Shown here: in pieces, positions 1 to 12,506 of the stretch
Numbering within the stretch: position 1 is the first letter of the stretch
Layout of the letters: every line of letters begins with the position of its first letter
Assembly: GCF_036321535.1 (NCBI RefSeq)
Contig: NC_087438.1
Coordinates: forward strand, 310,001-372,000
DNA from: Camelus dromedarius
Lineage: Eukaryota
Reading direction: 5' to 3'
Length of the DNA: 62,000 nucleotides
Notes under the pieces: generated by a model
What the model was told of the DNA's origin: nothing
Seen by the model: the letters and a program-made list of their open reading frames with translations, nothing else
Database searches by the model: none
Translations under genes and position numbers: made by a program

Positions 1-362
1 CCGGCGGTTGCCAGGGGGTGAAGGGAAGGATGACGGGGGCCACAGGGGGTGTAGGGCAGTGAGACGACCCTGTATGACACCACGATGGGGGACACACGTC
101 ATCAGACAGCTGTCCAAACTCACAGACTGCGCTACAGCAAGAGGACTTCAGTGTTAACTACGGATTTCAGTTAATAATAATGTATCACTGCAGGTCCAGC
201 AACTGAAGCAACGACCGGCACAGCGCAGGACGCTAGCAGGGAGCCTGCAGGGGTGGGGAGGGGGCGAGCACAGAGAACTCTCTGGACCGCCTGCTCAGTT
301 ACTCTGTAAATCTGCAATGTCACTAAAAATACTCAGCTTACTAACTTTTAAAAATAAAACAG
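1..362 (+). mobile_element. Old L1 (L1MC-like) 3' end
   Basis: Typical L1M 3' UTR text (gtgaga..ccctgtatgacacc..gtccaaactcacaga..gttaactacgg..ctgctcagtt..tgtaaatct) ending in an A-rich tail. Confidence 0.75.
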
Positions 363-2679
363 CATCTCTGAGGCTGTAGTATGTGCTCACCTGGAAGGTG
401 TGCCTTGCGCTGGGATGTGGCTTTAGGAGCCAGGCCAGGGACAGAAGTGACATATTTAAGGACAGAGGTGGGAGGCTGGTGGGTGGGCAACACCCGCTGT
501 TCAAAGGGAGGGCCTGGCGCTGTCAGCCTGTAGCTTCATGCCAGCGTTAACTCTCTGTTCTGATTCTGCTGGGCTGACACTATGGGAAGGTTTTGCCGGA
601 TTTAAACAAACAAAAGTCCTACTTTTTACCACGAAGGGTGTTGTTGCCGCTCGCCCACAGGGAAGGGGTCCACTAAACAGAACCCTGAGGCTCAGGGTCC
701 TGGACGCCAGCACGGGAGGGGCAAGGTGCCCATGCAGGAGGAGGAGGCGCAGAGGGCCAGATGCCAAGGGGAGCATGTGCGGGGGTGAGCAGGGAAGCGC
801 CATCTCTAGAAACTGGCTCTGGCAGCTCCAGCAACGGTCCGCTAGGAAGAGGCCTGAGTGACCCTTCCCTCAGAGTTTCCAGCCTGTGACACACGCTGTG
901 GGGGATCTGGGAGCTTGGTTCCCTTAAGACTTGGGCAGAGAAGACCTCCCTGGGGAGGAAGTCCTGCCTGCAGCACAGCAGCCTGGGCGCCCGTCCTCCC
1001 TGCTCTGACACAGCCTCCCCACAGCCGCCCCACCCAAGGCCCTCCAAGGACGGGAGCACGACGTGAGGAGGGAGCCCTAAGGTCTCCACCAACTCTGTGA
1101 TGCCCCTCCCCGCCACGGCGCCCATGCACCCGTCGTGGGCCCCGTCGTGGGCTACAGGAGTGGCTCTGATCCGGGGAGGGTGGGCTCGGGCCCGGGCTGT
1201 GGGGGCAGGCACACGCCCCTGATCCCCTGGATGCGGTGGGGCACGGCTGTGAGGCAGAGGACTTTGCTCCTGGAGACCAGACGACTCCTCTCTTCCTCCC
1301 GTCTGGCTTTAACCTCCCACAGTCAGGCATAGGGCCGTAGTTCGGGCTCGTGCAGGTGGCGGGGCTGGAACACGATGGCCCCGAGCTCCCTGGGGGCTGC
1401 TGCCCTCAGATGTGGCCCCCGCAGGCGCAAGGCTGGGGCCAGGCTTCTGCCAGGACAGAGCACCGGCTGCGCGTCCTTCCTGCTCCTCTCCTGGGCTGCG
1501 CCAGGGCCCCTGAGAGTCTGCTCGGTTCTGTTGGCGCCAGCATGACTTGGGGGTAGCAAGCGGCCCGGGAAGGCACTCATCCGGCTTTTAGGCAATAGAT
1601 TCAGCTCACTTACACTGAAAGGAGTCTTCAGATCTCAAGAAAATCAAGATTATAAACGGAAAGCCGGCTGGAGGTGCTGTTTGCATGCCGGCTTCCTGGG
1701 CCGGGCGCCCTCAAGGGCACGGTGGGGGTCAGGGTGGGGGTGGGGGTGCGGCACAGAGACAGATCCTCTGGTCTTCTCCCCTGCACCTGCTGGGGGACCA
1801 GGGGAGGTGGGTGTTGGGAAGAGGGTCCCAGAGCACTGGGCCGGGAGCAGCTTTCCTGACCCTGAGCTGGTGGTAGGGGTGGGACTGGCTCTCCTGGTCT
1901 GGTGAAAAGAGTAGGTCCGTGTCCCTGGGCAGCCAGTGTCTGCCCATCCTGCACCTGCCAGTGTCCTCCATGGGGGCGCGTGGGTAAGCCAGAGGGGGTG
2001 CTGGGCCCGGACACACTCCTCTTAGGCCTCAGGCCCAGAATCGCAGGGCCAGGGGCAGGGTCGGGGCTGAGGGCATGCCGGCCATCGGAACGTTCTTGGT
2101 TTTATCGAGTTAATGAGTAAAGGATTTTGACAACAGAGGCCGCGTTCTCAATACCAGGGCCTTCTCAGGAGCTGTAAACTTCCTGCCTTCTTTTCCAGTT
2201 TATTCCCAGGAAGACAGGCTGTTTGGGGGGTGGGCGTGGGGAGGGGAACATTGGACATGCCACACGCCTGCACGTGGTGACAGTGTCCACAGGCCACACC
2301 TCACACACTGATCCCAGACCTCTGCTCGGGTCACACATTATATTTTTAACTGGTTATCAGATGACCCCCCACCCCCGCCCCTGCAAATCCCAGCAACACA
2401 GTACTGGAGCCCCCAGCACGGAAGGGCTCACCCAGCAACTGGGGTTTGAGGCGCCTACGTGGGGCCAACACCAGGTCACAGAGAGGCGGCTCCTCACAGG
2501 TCTGGCCAGCTCTGTGCCACGCCCTCTCCAGCTGGGGGCGCAGCAGCAAGAGCCAGTGCCCACCATGATGAGGCTGCGGAACCATCCCACCCAAGGACGG
2601 GTGGGGACCAGGAGGAGCAGGTGGCAGGTGTGGGGGCGGGCAGGATGGCCACGTCCTCTCCTTACCAGGCCTTTAAGGA

Positions 2680-3062
2680 CACTGGCCCTGCTCTTACTGG
2701 TGCCATGCGGCCCTGGCCCACTCAGTCCACCTCAGACGCAGCGTCTGTAGCGACTGTGTGACTGTCTTGGCATTTTTGTCTTTATCACCTATACTTTGTT
2801 GACCTCTTACTAAGGCTGGGCGCTGTGCAGGGTAGTTACCGTGTTCACAGAATGTCTACCAGGCACCTTCCAAGCATGTTCACACACCCCGAGGGAGACG
2901 CCGAAACTGGCCGTGTCCCTGCTGAGGAGGACAAGGCCATCGTGAGCCCTCTTAGCCGCAGTCACAGGCCAGGCCCGAGCCAGGGTGTGGGAGGCCCGGA
3001 GGGTCCCCAGACTCTGTGAAGCTGCGGGCAGATGGTGCAACGTGACCGGCCCCCAGGAGCCC
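2680..3062 (+). repeat. Local direct duplication, copy 1 (~380 bp)
   Basis: Near-identical to 5292-5675 (about 10 differences counted by eye). ORFs 2825..3019 and 5438..5632 are almost the same peptide. Confidence 0.95.
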
Positions 3063-5291
3063 GGCAGGGCAGTACCTGCTGGGGACGGTGACCACCTCCC
3101 CACCTTCTTCCCACCCGGGGACCCACCGGGCCTGGTCCCAGCCTCACCCCAGAAGCTGATTAGAGATGTTGGGGCCGACCATCCAGAGACTGACCTAGAC
3201 TGAACCCCAGGGGTCTCGCCAGGTGTCTTAGAGGCTGAGGAGACTCAGAAGCCAGAGACGTGCCCAGCCCAGGCTACAGGGCTGTGGGTCCCTCATCCGG
3301 ACTTCCAGCTGAAGGGGCAGAACAAAGGTTTCGCTGCCTCAGGGCGTGAGGGGGCAGCAGTCACATGCGGAGGCCCCCGGCGCACTCTGTCCGGTTACTG
3401 AGTTACCGCTGGGGCGCACGGGGTGACACCGCCATCCAGGGAGCCTGGGCCTGGGTGGACTAGCAGAAGGGAGGCTGTGCCCTCTGCAGGGGTGTTGAGT
3501 GAGCCTGTCCTCAGGCCTGCTCTGGGGCCCTGTCCTGGGGCTGCATGGTGGCTTCTTGGGCTGGAAAGGCCTCTGTGACCTCTGTGACCCCAGGACACAG
3601 CTCTCAGGGGGCTAGGCCTCCCCCACGTGCAGGCACTTCCCAGCCATCCCCCAGGACCCCAGCTCCTCCTGCTGGGACGGGGTGTGGGGGCCTCCTCAAA
3701 GCCCTGCATCGAGGAGGACGTGTGTGGGCATGACGGTAACATGATGGGTCACAAGCCCCCGGAGGCTGCACGTCTCACACACCCGCACCCACCCTGGCCA
3801 TCAGCATCGGTGTCCCAGGGGCATGTGAGGGGACCTCAGGCCCCCAGGTCCCGGTGTCTGTGGCTACAGGAGGCGTAGTTCTCAGTGCCACAGGTGACAG
3901 CCTCGGCCCATGGGAAGCAGCACACAGGCCAGTGCACACACATGCACACATGGGCCTCCTTAGTGGCCCTGCCCCTTTTGGCCCACGTCTAGCCAGCAGG
4001 CGGGGGGTGAGCTGCACCAGGCACTCAGCACGTGAGGGCCAAGTTCTAAGGAAAGCAGGTCGGGGAGGATGCAGGCCCAAGCGCCCTGCACCCTGGCATC
4101 CAGGGCTTGCTAAATCCGAGAAGAAATAGAGCCCTGTATTTCTACCCTTCATATTGTTCCAAAACCTGTTAGAAACAGGCATTTCCAACTTTCACATTCT
4201 GCCTTTGCAAAAAATCCATTCCCGGGGAGAACTCAAAACCAGTTGGACTTTGGCATGATAGCTCCACAGGTGGTGAATTCAGCTGAGGCCTCTGGACCAG
4301 CCCAGGAAGAGATGGAGCCTGGCCTGCCCCCGCCAGCTGGCACTGTCACTCCGTGAGCCCTGGGTGGGCCCTAGAGGATCCTGGTCTGCCCCTGGGCTCA
4401 GAGGCTGGAGGTCCAGGCGCACAGGACGTCCTCTCAGAGCTGACATCCAACCAGGGCCACGCCTGTGCCTGGGGCAGAGGGGTCCACTGGGGGCCTCAAC
4501 CACCTGGATCAACGCCCTCCTGGAGCCCACGCCCTCCAGCCTGTCCCCAGTCTCCACTGTCCAGCCTGAACCACCAAGGCTCCCACGGCCCTGACCCCCT
4601 GGGCCTCCACCTGAGCTCCTCCCCCAGCCCGACTCGCTCTGCCTAACCCACCTTGCCTTTCTTTGTGGTCCATCTTGACTGCCCCCCAGATAAGAAACCT
4701 GCCCCTGGCCGCCATCTGACCTCTCAACCTGGCCTCTCGCCCTGGTCCAGCAAACCCAGGGGCTCTCCACTCTTTCTGCAATCGATGTGTGAACCTGGGT
4801 ACAGGTGTGGACCTGTGCAGCCAGCTCCAAGGAAAGAACCCGGGCGCCTCCTCACCCGGGTGCTGCCCGACCTCAGCCCTGGCCCTACAGGCAGCTCAGG
4901 CAGAGCCAGGTCCCCACAGAGGCGGCGAGGTGGCACCTCGTGCCTCCCCCTCTGGACTTGGCTGCCCCACCTCCCGGGTCTGGGCCCTCCTGGGACACTG
5001 GGGGCAGAAGCCAGAGCAGAGCTGCTGGTCTGGGCCCTCAGCACCCAGACACCTCGTCCTGCTGGGGACTTTGGAGTCTCCGGAGGGCACATCCTGGACC
5101 TCAGTTCAGATCTTGGGGCAGGTATGTGCTGTTTTTCTGTCTTGTTTGTTCTGAACATGTTTTTGGGAAGAAACTTATAAAATCAGAGGGATTTTGCCAA
5201 CATTACAAATCACCTGTGGCGGCTCAGCTCAGGGGGTGACCAGTCTGAGCTGCCCCCTTCTCTCCCGTGGAGCCTTGTCCCTCCCAGTGTG

Positions 5292-5675
5292 CACTGGCCC
5301 CTGCTCTTACTGGTGCCATGCGGCCCTGGCCCACTCAGTCCACCTCAGACGCAGCGTCTGTAGCGACTGTGTGACTGTCTTGGCATTTTTGTCTTTATCA
5401 CCTATACTTTGTTGACCTCTTACTAAGGCCGGGCACTGTGCAGGGTAGTTACCGTGTTCACAGAATGTCTACCAGGCACCTTCCAAGCATGTTCACACAC
5501 CCCGAGGGAGACGCCGAAACTGGCCGTGTCCCTGCTGAGGAGGACAAGGCCATCATGAGCCCTCTTAGCCGCAGTCACAGGCCAGGCCCGAGCCAGGGTG
5601 TGGGAGGCCCTGAGGGTCCCCAAACTCTGTGAAGCTGCGGGCAGACGGTGCGATGTGACCGGCCCCCAGCAGCCC
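5292..5675 (+). repeat. Local direct duplication, copy 2 (~380 bp)
   Basis: Near-identical to 2680-3062, offset about 2.6 kb. Confidence 0.95.
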
Positions 5676-5689
5676 CACCTGTGTGTTCT

Positions 5690-5990
5690 AGAATCCGAAG
5701 CCTCTGCGGCCCCACTTCCCTGGGACCTGCGTGGCTGGTTGCCTCCTGGCCCCTCTGCTCTCACCTCCCGCCACCTCCATCCCCCCACCCCCGCTGGCTT
5801 CTTCAGCTGCTCCTCAAACACACCCAGGCACAGACACCTCAGGGCCTTTGCACAGGCTGTCTGGATTCGGAAAGTGTTCACCCCAATCCACAGGGCTCAC
5901 TCCACCCCCATGCTGCTCCCTCCCGTCGCTGCTCAGTCCAGCACTTGATGCCTGTATCCCGAGGGACCATCTCATCTGCCCCCAGGGGAA
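5690..5990 (+). mobile_element. L2 fragment
   Basis: ctgctcctcaaacacacccaggcac..cctcagggcctttgcacaggctgt..ggctcactcc resembles the L2 3' consensus. Confidence 0.6.
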
Positions 5991-8900
5991 CACAACATTC
6001 CAGGGAAATTTGGGTCTACTTTGTGGGAAGTGTGTCCCCATGGCCTATGGCAGGCCCATGGCAGCACAAATGTTTGTATGGTGAACGTTAAACTAGTGCT
6101 CAGAGCTGTGGCTGCTAAAAATCAGGCATGTTGGCTGCATTAATAAAAGATTACTAAGATAACAAACATTCAAGCCCAGAGTGTTGTCACTGTGCCGTGG
6201 GCATGGAGCTGCCTGGGCCCCGAGTCCAAGCCCTGTCCAGGAGGGCACGTGTGCCAGGGCTGTGCCGGCGTCTGCCTGAGGCCTGCGTGTCGGGATGCAC
6301 AGATTTGTTCTGTTCTGTCTTGCTCCAGAAGGCAGGACTGTGTGTGAACGGGCCGGATCTCAGGCCAGGCCTGGTGCAGGCGAGCGTTGCTTCTCTGGGT
6401 CCAGGCCCACCCAGGTGACCTCTGTGTGGGGTGATGCACTCCCCACCCTGCACCCTGACCTGCCCACCATGCTCTGAGCTGATGCTGGCCTTGCCCGCCT
6501 GCAGGGTGTGGTCAGCGGGTGTGCCGCTCACCGGAGGCTGTGTGGCAATTTGGGGAAAGAATTTGGCCAAGGAATTTAGGGAGCCTCTTCCCAGCCCAGC
6601 CCAGCCTATGGACGGTGTGGACGAAGCTCACACCGTCCGACGTGTTCACTCCTTCACCCGCTAATGTGCTCACCATCTGTGCACCTGAACACCCGCCTGC
6701 TCTCCATCTGCACGGGCCCTGCTGGGGACCCCGCAGGGACAAACGGACGCAGAGTTGACCTGGTTGAACCCAAAGAACTCAGTGTAGAGGGGTAACCTCA
6801 GGGCCCGGGGGAGTAGGGCTGGAGGGTTCTGAGCTCAGAAGAGGTGGGGGGTGGGGGATAGTGCTGGTGGGTGGGGTTTGAGGCAACTGTGTGACTGGGG
6901 GTGGGGTCTGGGCTTCGGCTGGAACCCAGGGAAGCCACAGCCCAGCAGGGCCACAGCCATACACCCAGGGGCATCCCTGCTCCCTGGGCCCAGCCACTCC
7001 TTGTTGGCCCTAATGGTGTACCTCCCCCAGCCCCGCCCAAGCCCACAGGCCCCAGGAGCTCAGACCCCCCCAGTCTGGTGGGCTCTGTAGGCAGGGCTTG
7101 ATGGGGAGGGGCCTCTGCAGGCACCTGGGCTCCTCAAGCAGCCCTCCCTCCCCTGCCCTTTCCAGACAGAGGAGACAGAATTCCAAGGCATGAAGAAGGG
7201 ATGGAAAAGTGGCAGGGGACAAGGTCAGAGGGCATGGGGCTGGGAGGTCAGAGGGTGGGGCCAGGTGGGAGCAATGGTGCAGGCAGGGGTAGGGGTGGAG
7301 AGGGCCCCAGTGAGGCACCCTCCCATCAGCAAAGCACCCAGGCCCCTGCAGGGCTTCCTGGCGCAAAGGACGGGGCCCACAGCTGTGGCCCCCCACCACG
7401 CCCAGGAAGGAGCCGCCTCTCTGGGCTCCAGGGTGGAGAGGGCTGGAGAGATGGGCTCTGCTCAGACTCTGCACCCAGGACCTGGCCCCTGAAAGCCGGG
7501 GGCTCCGCGCTCAGCGCTGGAGGAGTCCCTTCTCTGAGTGAAGGCGGGGTGAGTGGAGGAGCACCCGGAGCGCCGGCCGGGACCTTACTCACTGCACGCT
7601 GAGCCCCTCACCCCAGCCCTGCTGGTGAGACTTCCTGTCAAAAGGGACACGACTCGACTCGGAGAAGGAACAAAGCATGAGGCTGATCCGGCGCCGACTG
7701 GGAGAGCCGGAGGCAGGGCTCCGGGACCTCCTGCTGCAGGGGGCCTGCAGTCTTGGCAGCACCGTCCTGAGCTGCTCCCAGAGCAGGAAGTCGGCGGGGT
7801 GGCTGGGGGGAGCTCCCTGGGGAGTCCCTTCAGCCCAACAGGCAGGACTGGCGCTATCAGCACCTCCCCACCTTTGCCCGGCTCCCTCAGGACAGCCAGG
7901 GAGACACCTTAGCTCCCAATGCCCTGAGATTGTTTTATAGCTCAAGGCCAGTTCTCCCAGGGCATCTCCTGACAATGAGCCGACGCCTTCGGCACGAAGC
8001 GTCCCTCCCAGAGAGGCTCTGGGGAGAGGCTCTGGTTCCAGACCTCAGCTCCATCTGATCTTTGGGGTCTGCCAGGGCCCACTGACTCAGCTGCTCCTGG
8101 GAGAATGGGATCAGCTAAGGACTCAGCTGCTCACCTGGCCTTTCTAGGTCATCCTCGTCTTACAGATCCTCCCCTGCAATCTCTTCGAGGGGAGTAAGGG
8201 AACTTCGGGAGGAGAGCATGGTCGAGGGTGTGCCGGAGTCCAGAGGGAAGAGAGCAGCGGGGCTGGGTGCAGTGATGGGGGTCTGGGTCCTGGGACCAGA
8301 GCACATTACATGAAAACCGCAAGCTTCTGGTTTCACCCCAGGAGGTAAACGTCCCCATGGCTTCCCGCACAGCCCAGGAGCACAGCTCGGCAGACACCCA
8401 GCACCCGACGGCTGTGCTTCAGAGAACAGCGCCGATGCCTTGGGCTGTCCGACAGAAGTCATACAGCCTGTGGCCCAGGCTCCCCTGAACGCCCTGAGTG
8501 TCCCAGCACCCGGGGTCTGTGCCCTCTCCCCTGGTAAGGGCTAGGGCTGGACTGCAACTCTGCTGACCAGATGGGAAGCCACAGTGACAGCACTCTGCAA
8601 GTAACAGGAGTTGGGGTCCAGGAGCACAGGGCCTGGAGATCAGAGTCTGAGCCGATAAGGCAGCTGCTGACCTGTGAGGACAGAGCGTGCCTCCAAGGCC
8701 AAGCCCCAGCTGGAGCACAGCTGGGAAAAGGAACTGTGTCTCCCAGAGGCGCGGCGCAGGAGCATCCACAGGCCCAGACTCGGGTGGGGCCGGCGCAGAT
8801 AAGGGCTAGGGCTCTTGCATGTCTTACACCTGACCGGAAAGCCCCTGCTGGTTACGAGAGGCACCTGGCAGACGGGGCAAAGAGGGAGGTGGTGAACAAA

Positions 8901-11900
8901 CACCGAGCAGGACCACCTGCCAAACCCACAAGGGAGGGGGCTGAGGGTCTCAGAGGATCACCACACCTGGGCTGGGCAGGAACGCGCCACCTCACCACCT
9001 CACCACCCACTGAGCCTCCTCTTTTGAGTCTAAGTGGGGCCATCAGGCACTGGGTTCTTCCCTGGGGGTTTCCACCAGGGTGTGGGTAGCTCTCTCCCTC
9101 CTTGGGGGTGGGGTCTGAGCTTGGGGTTGACCTGTTAGAGAAAGAGCGGGGATGATGAATTCTGGCCTGCTGCCCTGGCACCCCAGCTCAGAAAGTGAAA
9201 TCACCACTTCCCAGCAGCTCCAGCCTAAAGTCAGTGGTGCCCCCACCCACCGCCTCGGTGCCAGAGCTCAACCTCCAGAGCACGTCAGATAGCTGTCACC
9301 CTCGGGCCTCCCTCTGGCCTCCCACACTCCAGCTGCCCTCCTCCTCCAGGAGTACCTACCCTGGCCACTCTGCCACCTCCAGGTTCTGTCTCTGGAAGCT
9401 GCCTGGATCCCCACCCAATGCTGCCCCTGCCTCCCCAGCTCTACATGGCCCATGTGGACCCACTGAGCCCAGTGCTGGCCCAGCTTTTGGCCCCCAAGGG
9501 AGGCCGGAGGAGAGAACAGGATAAGGGAACAGGAGTCCAGCCTGGCCAAGGCCCAAAGGGACCCTGGTGTGGGTGGCTGCACTCTTGGGACCCCCACCCC
9601 CTGGGGAGCACATGTCCCACCCAGGTCCCCAGGCTGCTCCAGAGGACCCCCTGCACACATGCTCAGGGGCAGACACCGTCCCCCCCAGACAGTCCTCGAC
9701 CTCTCAGGCCCTGCAGGCTCTACGGTTGCTGTGCGCAGATGCCCTGGCCTCAGCAGCCCCTTCATGCCCCGCGGAATCTCCTAAATATGCAAGAACAGGC
9801 AGGAGCCTCAGGAGGCCCAAATGCATCCCCAGATAGGGACCCGGGGTCTGGGGGCTCAGAAGCCACACCTGCTCCTCATCTTCATCTGAGGTGAGGTCCA
9901 TGCAGGGACACCCGGTGGGCAGCCACGCTCTCAGAACCTTGGCTGGAGGCTGGGGACCTGGGGCACCAGGCAGGTACTTGGAGGTGCTGGGTGTGGGGCA
10001 GGGCAGGGAGAGCACCCAGGTGGATGGAGGAGCGGCAGACAAGGGGCAAGGGGGACAGGACAGGGCAGCAGAGGGTGGGGGGACCCTGGAGGGAAGGGCA
10101 AAGAGGTGGGGTCACACGAGGCCCAGGCTGAGCCACCTGGAGGGCCTTGGGGACCTGCTTTCCAGGGGACGGGGGCAAGGCTGGGGGGCGCTGAGCATAA
10201 GGAGGGGCCCAGACTACTTTCCAAGATGGGGCGTCTGAGCCTGCCTGCAGTGTTGCCCATTCATGGGCAAGACCCCAATGATCTCACAGCTGGAGCCTCC
10301 AAATGCAGAAGAACGTCTCAAGCGGTAGGGGCAAGACCTGGCCCAGGGCCAGAGGGCACTCTGAGGAGAGTGCAGTCAGCTCCACAGGCTTCCTCTCACA
10401 GCTCTTCATACTTTCTTAGCATTCCCAACCCTCCCAGAGCCACAGGTGGGGCCAGCAAGCCTGGGACTACGGCAGCCTGGGATGTGGTGCTGGCACGGTG
10501 GGGCTCTTTGAACGTTCTGCCCTGCCCATGAGACAGAGCTGACTGGAGCAGGCGACCACCCCACCCCAGAGAAGGTCGTCTCAGGAACAGTCCGAGTGCT
10601 CCAGAGACCTCTGGCCATGGCTTTTCCTGGGTGAAAACAGACACTGGACTTCCAGATGCAGGCGCCACGTCAGTGCCCAGGGCTAGGCTTGTGCAGAAAG
10701 TACACATTCGCTCTGCACAACAAGGGCACTCCACGTCCCTGGCACGGTCCACCCTGTACAGATCACCCTTTCGGGGTTCCCCAGAAGAGGAAAGGTGGCC
10801 GAGAAGGACACCCCTCACTCTGCCCCAGAAACCGGTCAGTTCCCAGGGGAGCATCAGGACGGTGCGCTCCCAGAGCTCCAGGGTGAGGCTGGACCTGCTC
10901 AGTCAGTGACTGGCAGCAAGCGGCCAGTGTCGGCCATACCTCCGCGGCAGAGGTGCCTGGGGAGACACAGCAGAGGAGACCCCATCTCGATGCTCAGATT
11001 TCACTCCTGACATCACAAAACCCCACGGGAAAGCTGGTGGTGGGGGAGACAGCTCTGAGATCAGGCAGGGACAAGGAGGTGAACAGACACCAGAGGGAAA
11101 AGGAGGAGGCCAAGGGGCTGGAGAGCTTTTCAGAAACAAAAAGAAGAGAGAGACTTAAAGAGAGATCATTGCCATAGCAGGACGCATGACAGGCAGTGCC
11201 ATGGGAGAACAAGCTGTGACCGACTGCTGCCAGGTGCCCCCGGTGCCCCAGGTGCCCCAGTGCCCCCAAACCCCAGGTCCAAAGTCCTCTGACCATCTCT
11301 CCCCAGAGCCTGTCCCTCCTGGTCCTACTGAGGATGTCAGCCCCCCAAAGCCCTGGAGGAGCCCCCCCCTTCGCCTGGCTCCTCCCCATTCCCAAACCAC
11401 TGCTGACCCGTCCCTGTCCCTGCTGTCCTGAGGCAGGCGGTGGAGGGGGTGTCCTCAGGACCCCCTCCTTCGACAGGCTCCCCCCACCCTCGACTCCACC
11501 TACTGAGTACACTTGCCATCACATCTCCGCCTCCCTGGTGTTGACCAGCAGTTGAAACTTTGGTCCTCACAAGCTCTTAAGAAAGCTGACCTTCCTGTCA
11601 CCTTGCCCGCAAGTTACCTACAATTCTCACTTTGCTGGCTCACTGGAGCAAGTTAAGAGAAATCTTTGACAGACCAGGATTTTTACAAGAGAAACACTCA
11701 ATGGAAAACTTGCTCCTATAAATAGGGTTTTACTGGGTTTAATCTTGAGTGGCACGGTTTTTCTTTCTGCATTGGGGACCTAGCACTCCAGGGCTCGAGG
11801 CAAGGACATTACCTCTCTCAGTGCATTAACAGCCAGACAAGCCCTACACACAGAAAACCTGGCTGCAGGAGCCCCAGAGCCAAGCAGCCCAACGGGGCAG

Positions 11901-12301
11901 ACGGAGCCCCCAGAGCGCAGACCAGGGAGCCTGGAGCGCGCGGGGCCTCGGAGGCTGTGCCCGCTCCGCCAGAAGCCCAGAAGCCGTTTATCCTCGGCCA
12001 CCCGCACAGCCGCTCCGGGCCCGGCCAGGCTCGCAGCCCCGAGCCTCGCCCTGCGCGACACAAGGACCCGAATCCCCGGGGCTGGCCGCGGCGATCCCGG
12101 ACCAGACAGCTGGGCAACTTACGCCGATCGCGCGCCTTACACAGGGAAGACCGCGGAGCCTGCGGAGCCCTGGAAGAAGGCGGTGCGGGCGCCTGACTCT
12201 GTCGCCCGAGGGTGCAGGCGCGGGACCTGCAGACCCCGCGGGCGGAAGGGAAGTCGTGGCGGGGCCGGGACTCCGAGCGCGCCGAGCCAGGGGCCGCTTA
12301 C

Positions 12302-12506
12302 CGATCTTGGCCAAGCTGGCCACGAGGATCCAGAGCGCGATGATGTACGGGTCCTGGACGTGGTGCCATTCGAAGGTGACCACCTGGAAGCCCTGGGTCT
12401 CTCCGTGCGCGCCGCCAGGCTCCTCCTCGACGCCGCGCGCCCGCGGCAGCACGCTCAGCGCTAGCAGCAGCCCCCAAGCGGGGCCCAGGGCCCCGCGCCC
12501 CAACAT
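12302..12506 (-). CDS. SLC9A3: SLC9A3 (NHE3) coding exon 1: signal peptide and N-terminus, 68 codons + 1 nt, phase-1 donor
   Basis: Translates to [69 protein letters not shown], matching the NHE3 N-terminus ([29 protein letters not shown]). ATG at 12506-12504 in gtggcgATG context; canonical donor G|GTAAGC at 12302/12301. Confidence 0.96.

Larger units (their letters stand above)
1..12301 (-). other. SLC9A3: SLC9A3 intron 1 (partial; exon 2 lies beyond the window start)
   Basis: Follows the exon-1 donor on the minus strand. The expected next NHE3 peptide (FHLSHKVTSVVPESALL-like) is not in any listed ORF frame. Confidence 0.85.

Noticed and set aside
1129..1152. Tiny tandem duplications (12 bp x2 here; also 11231-11270 and 13395-13428)
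   Set aside because: Ordinary slippage products with no further structure.
11988..12301. C-terminal 100+ aa of the 175-aa ORF containing NHE3 exon 1
   Set aside because: Read-through past the GTAAG donor into GC-rich intron; NHE3 similarity ends at AKIG.
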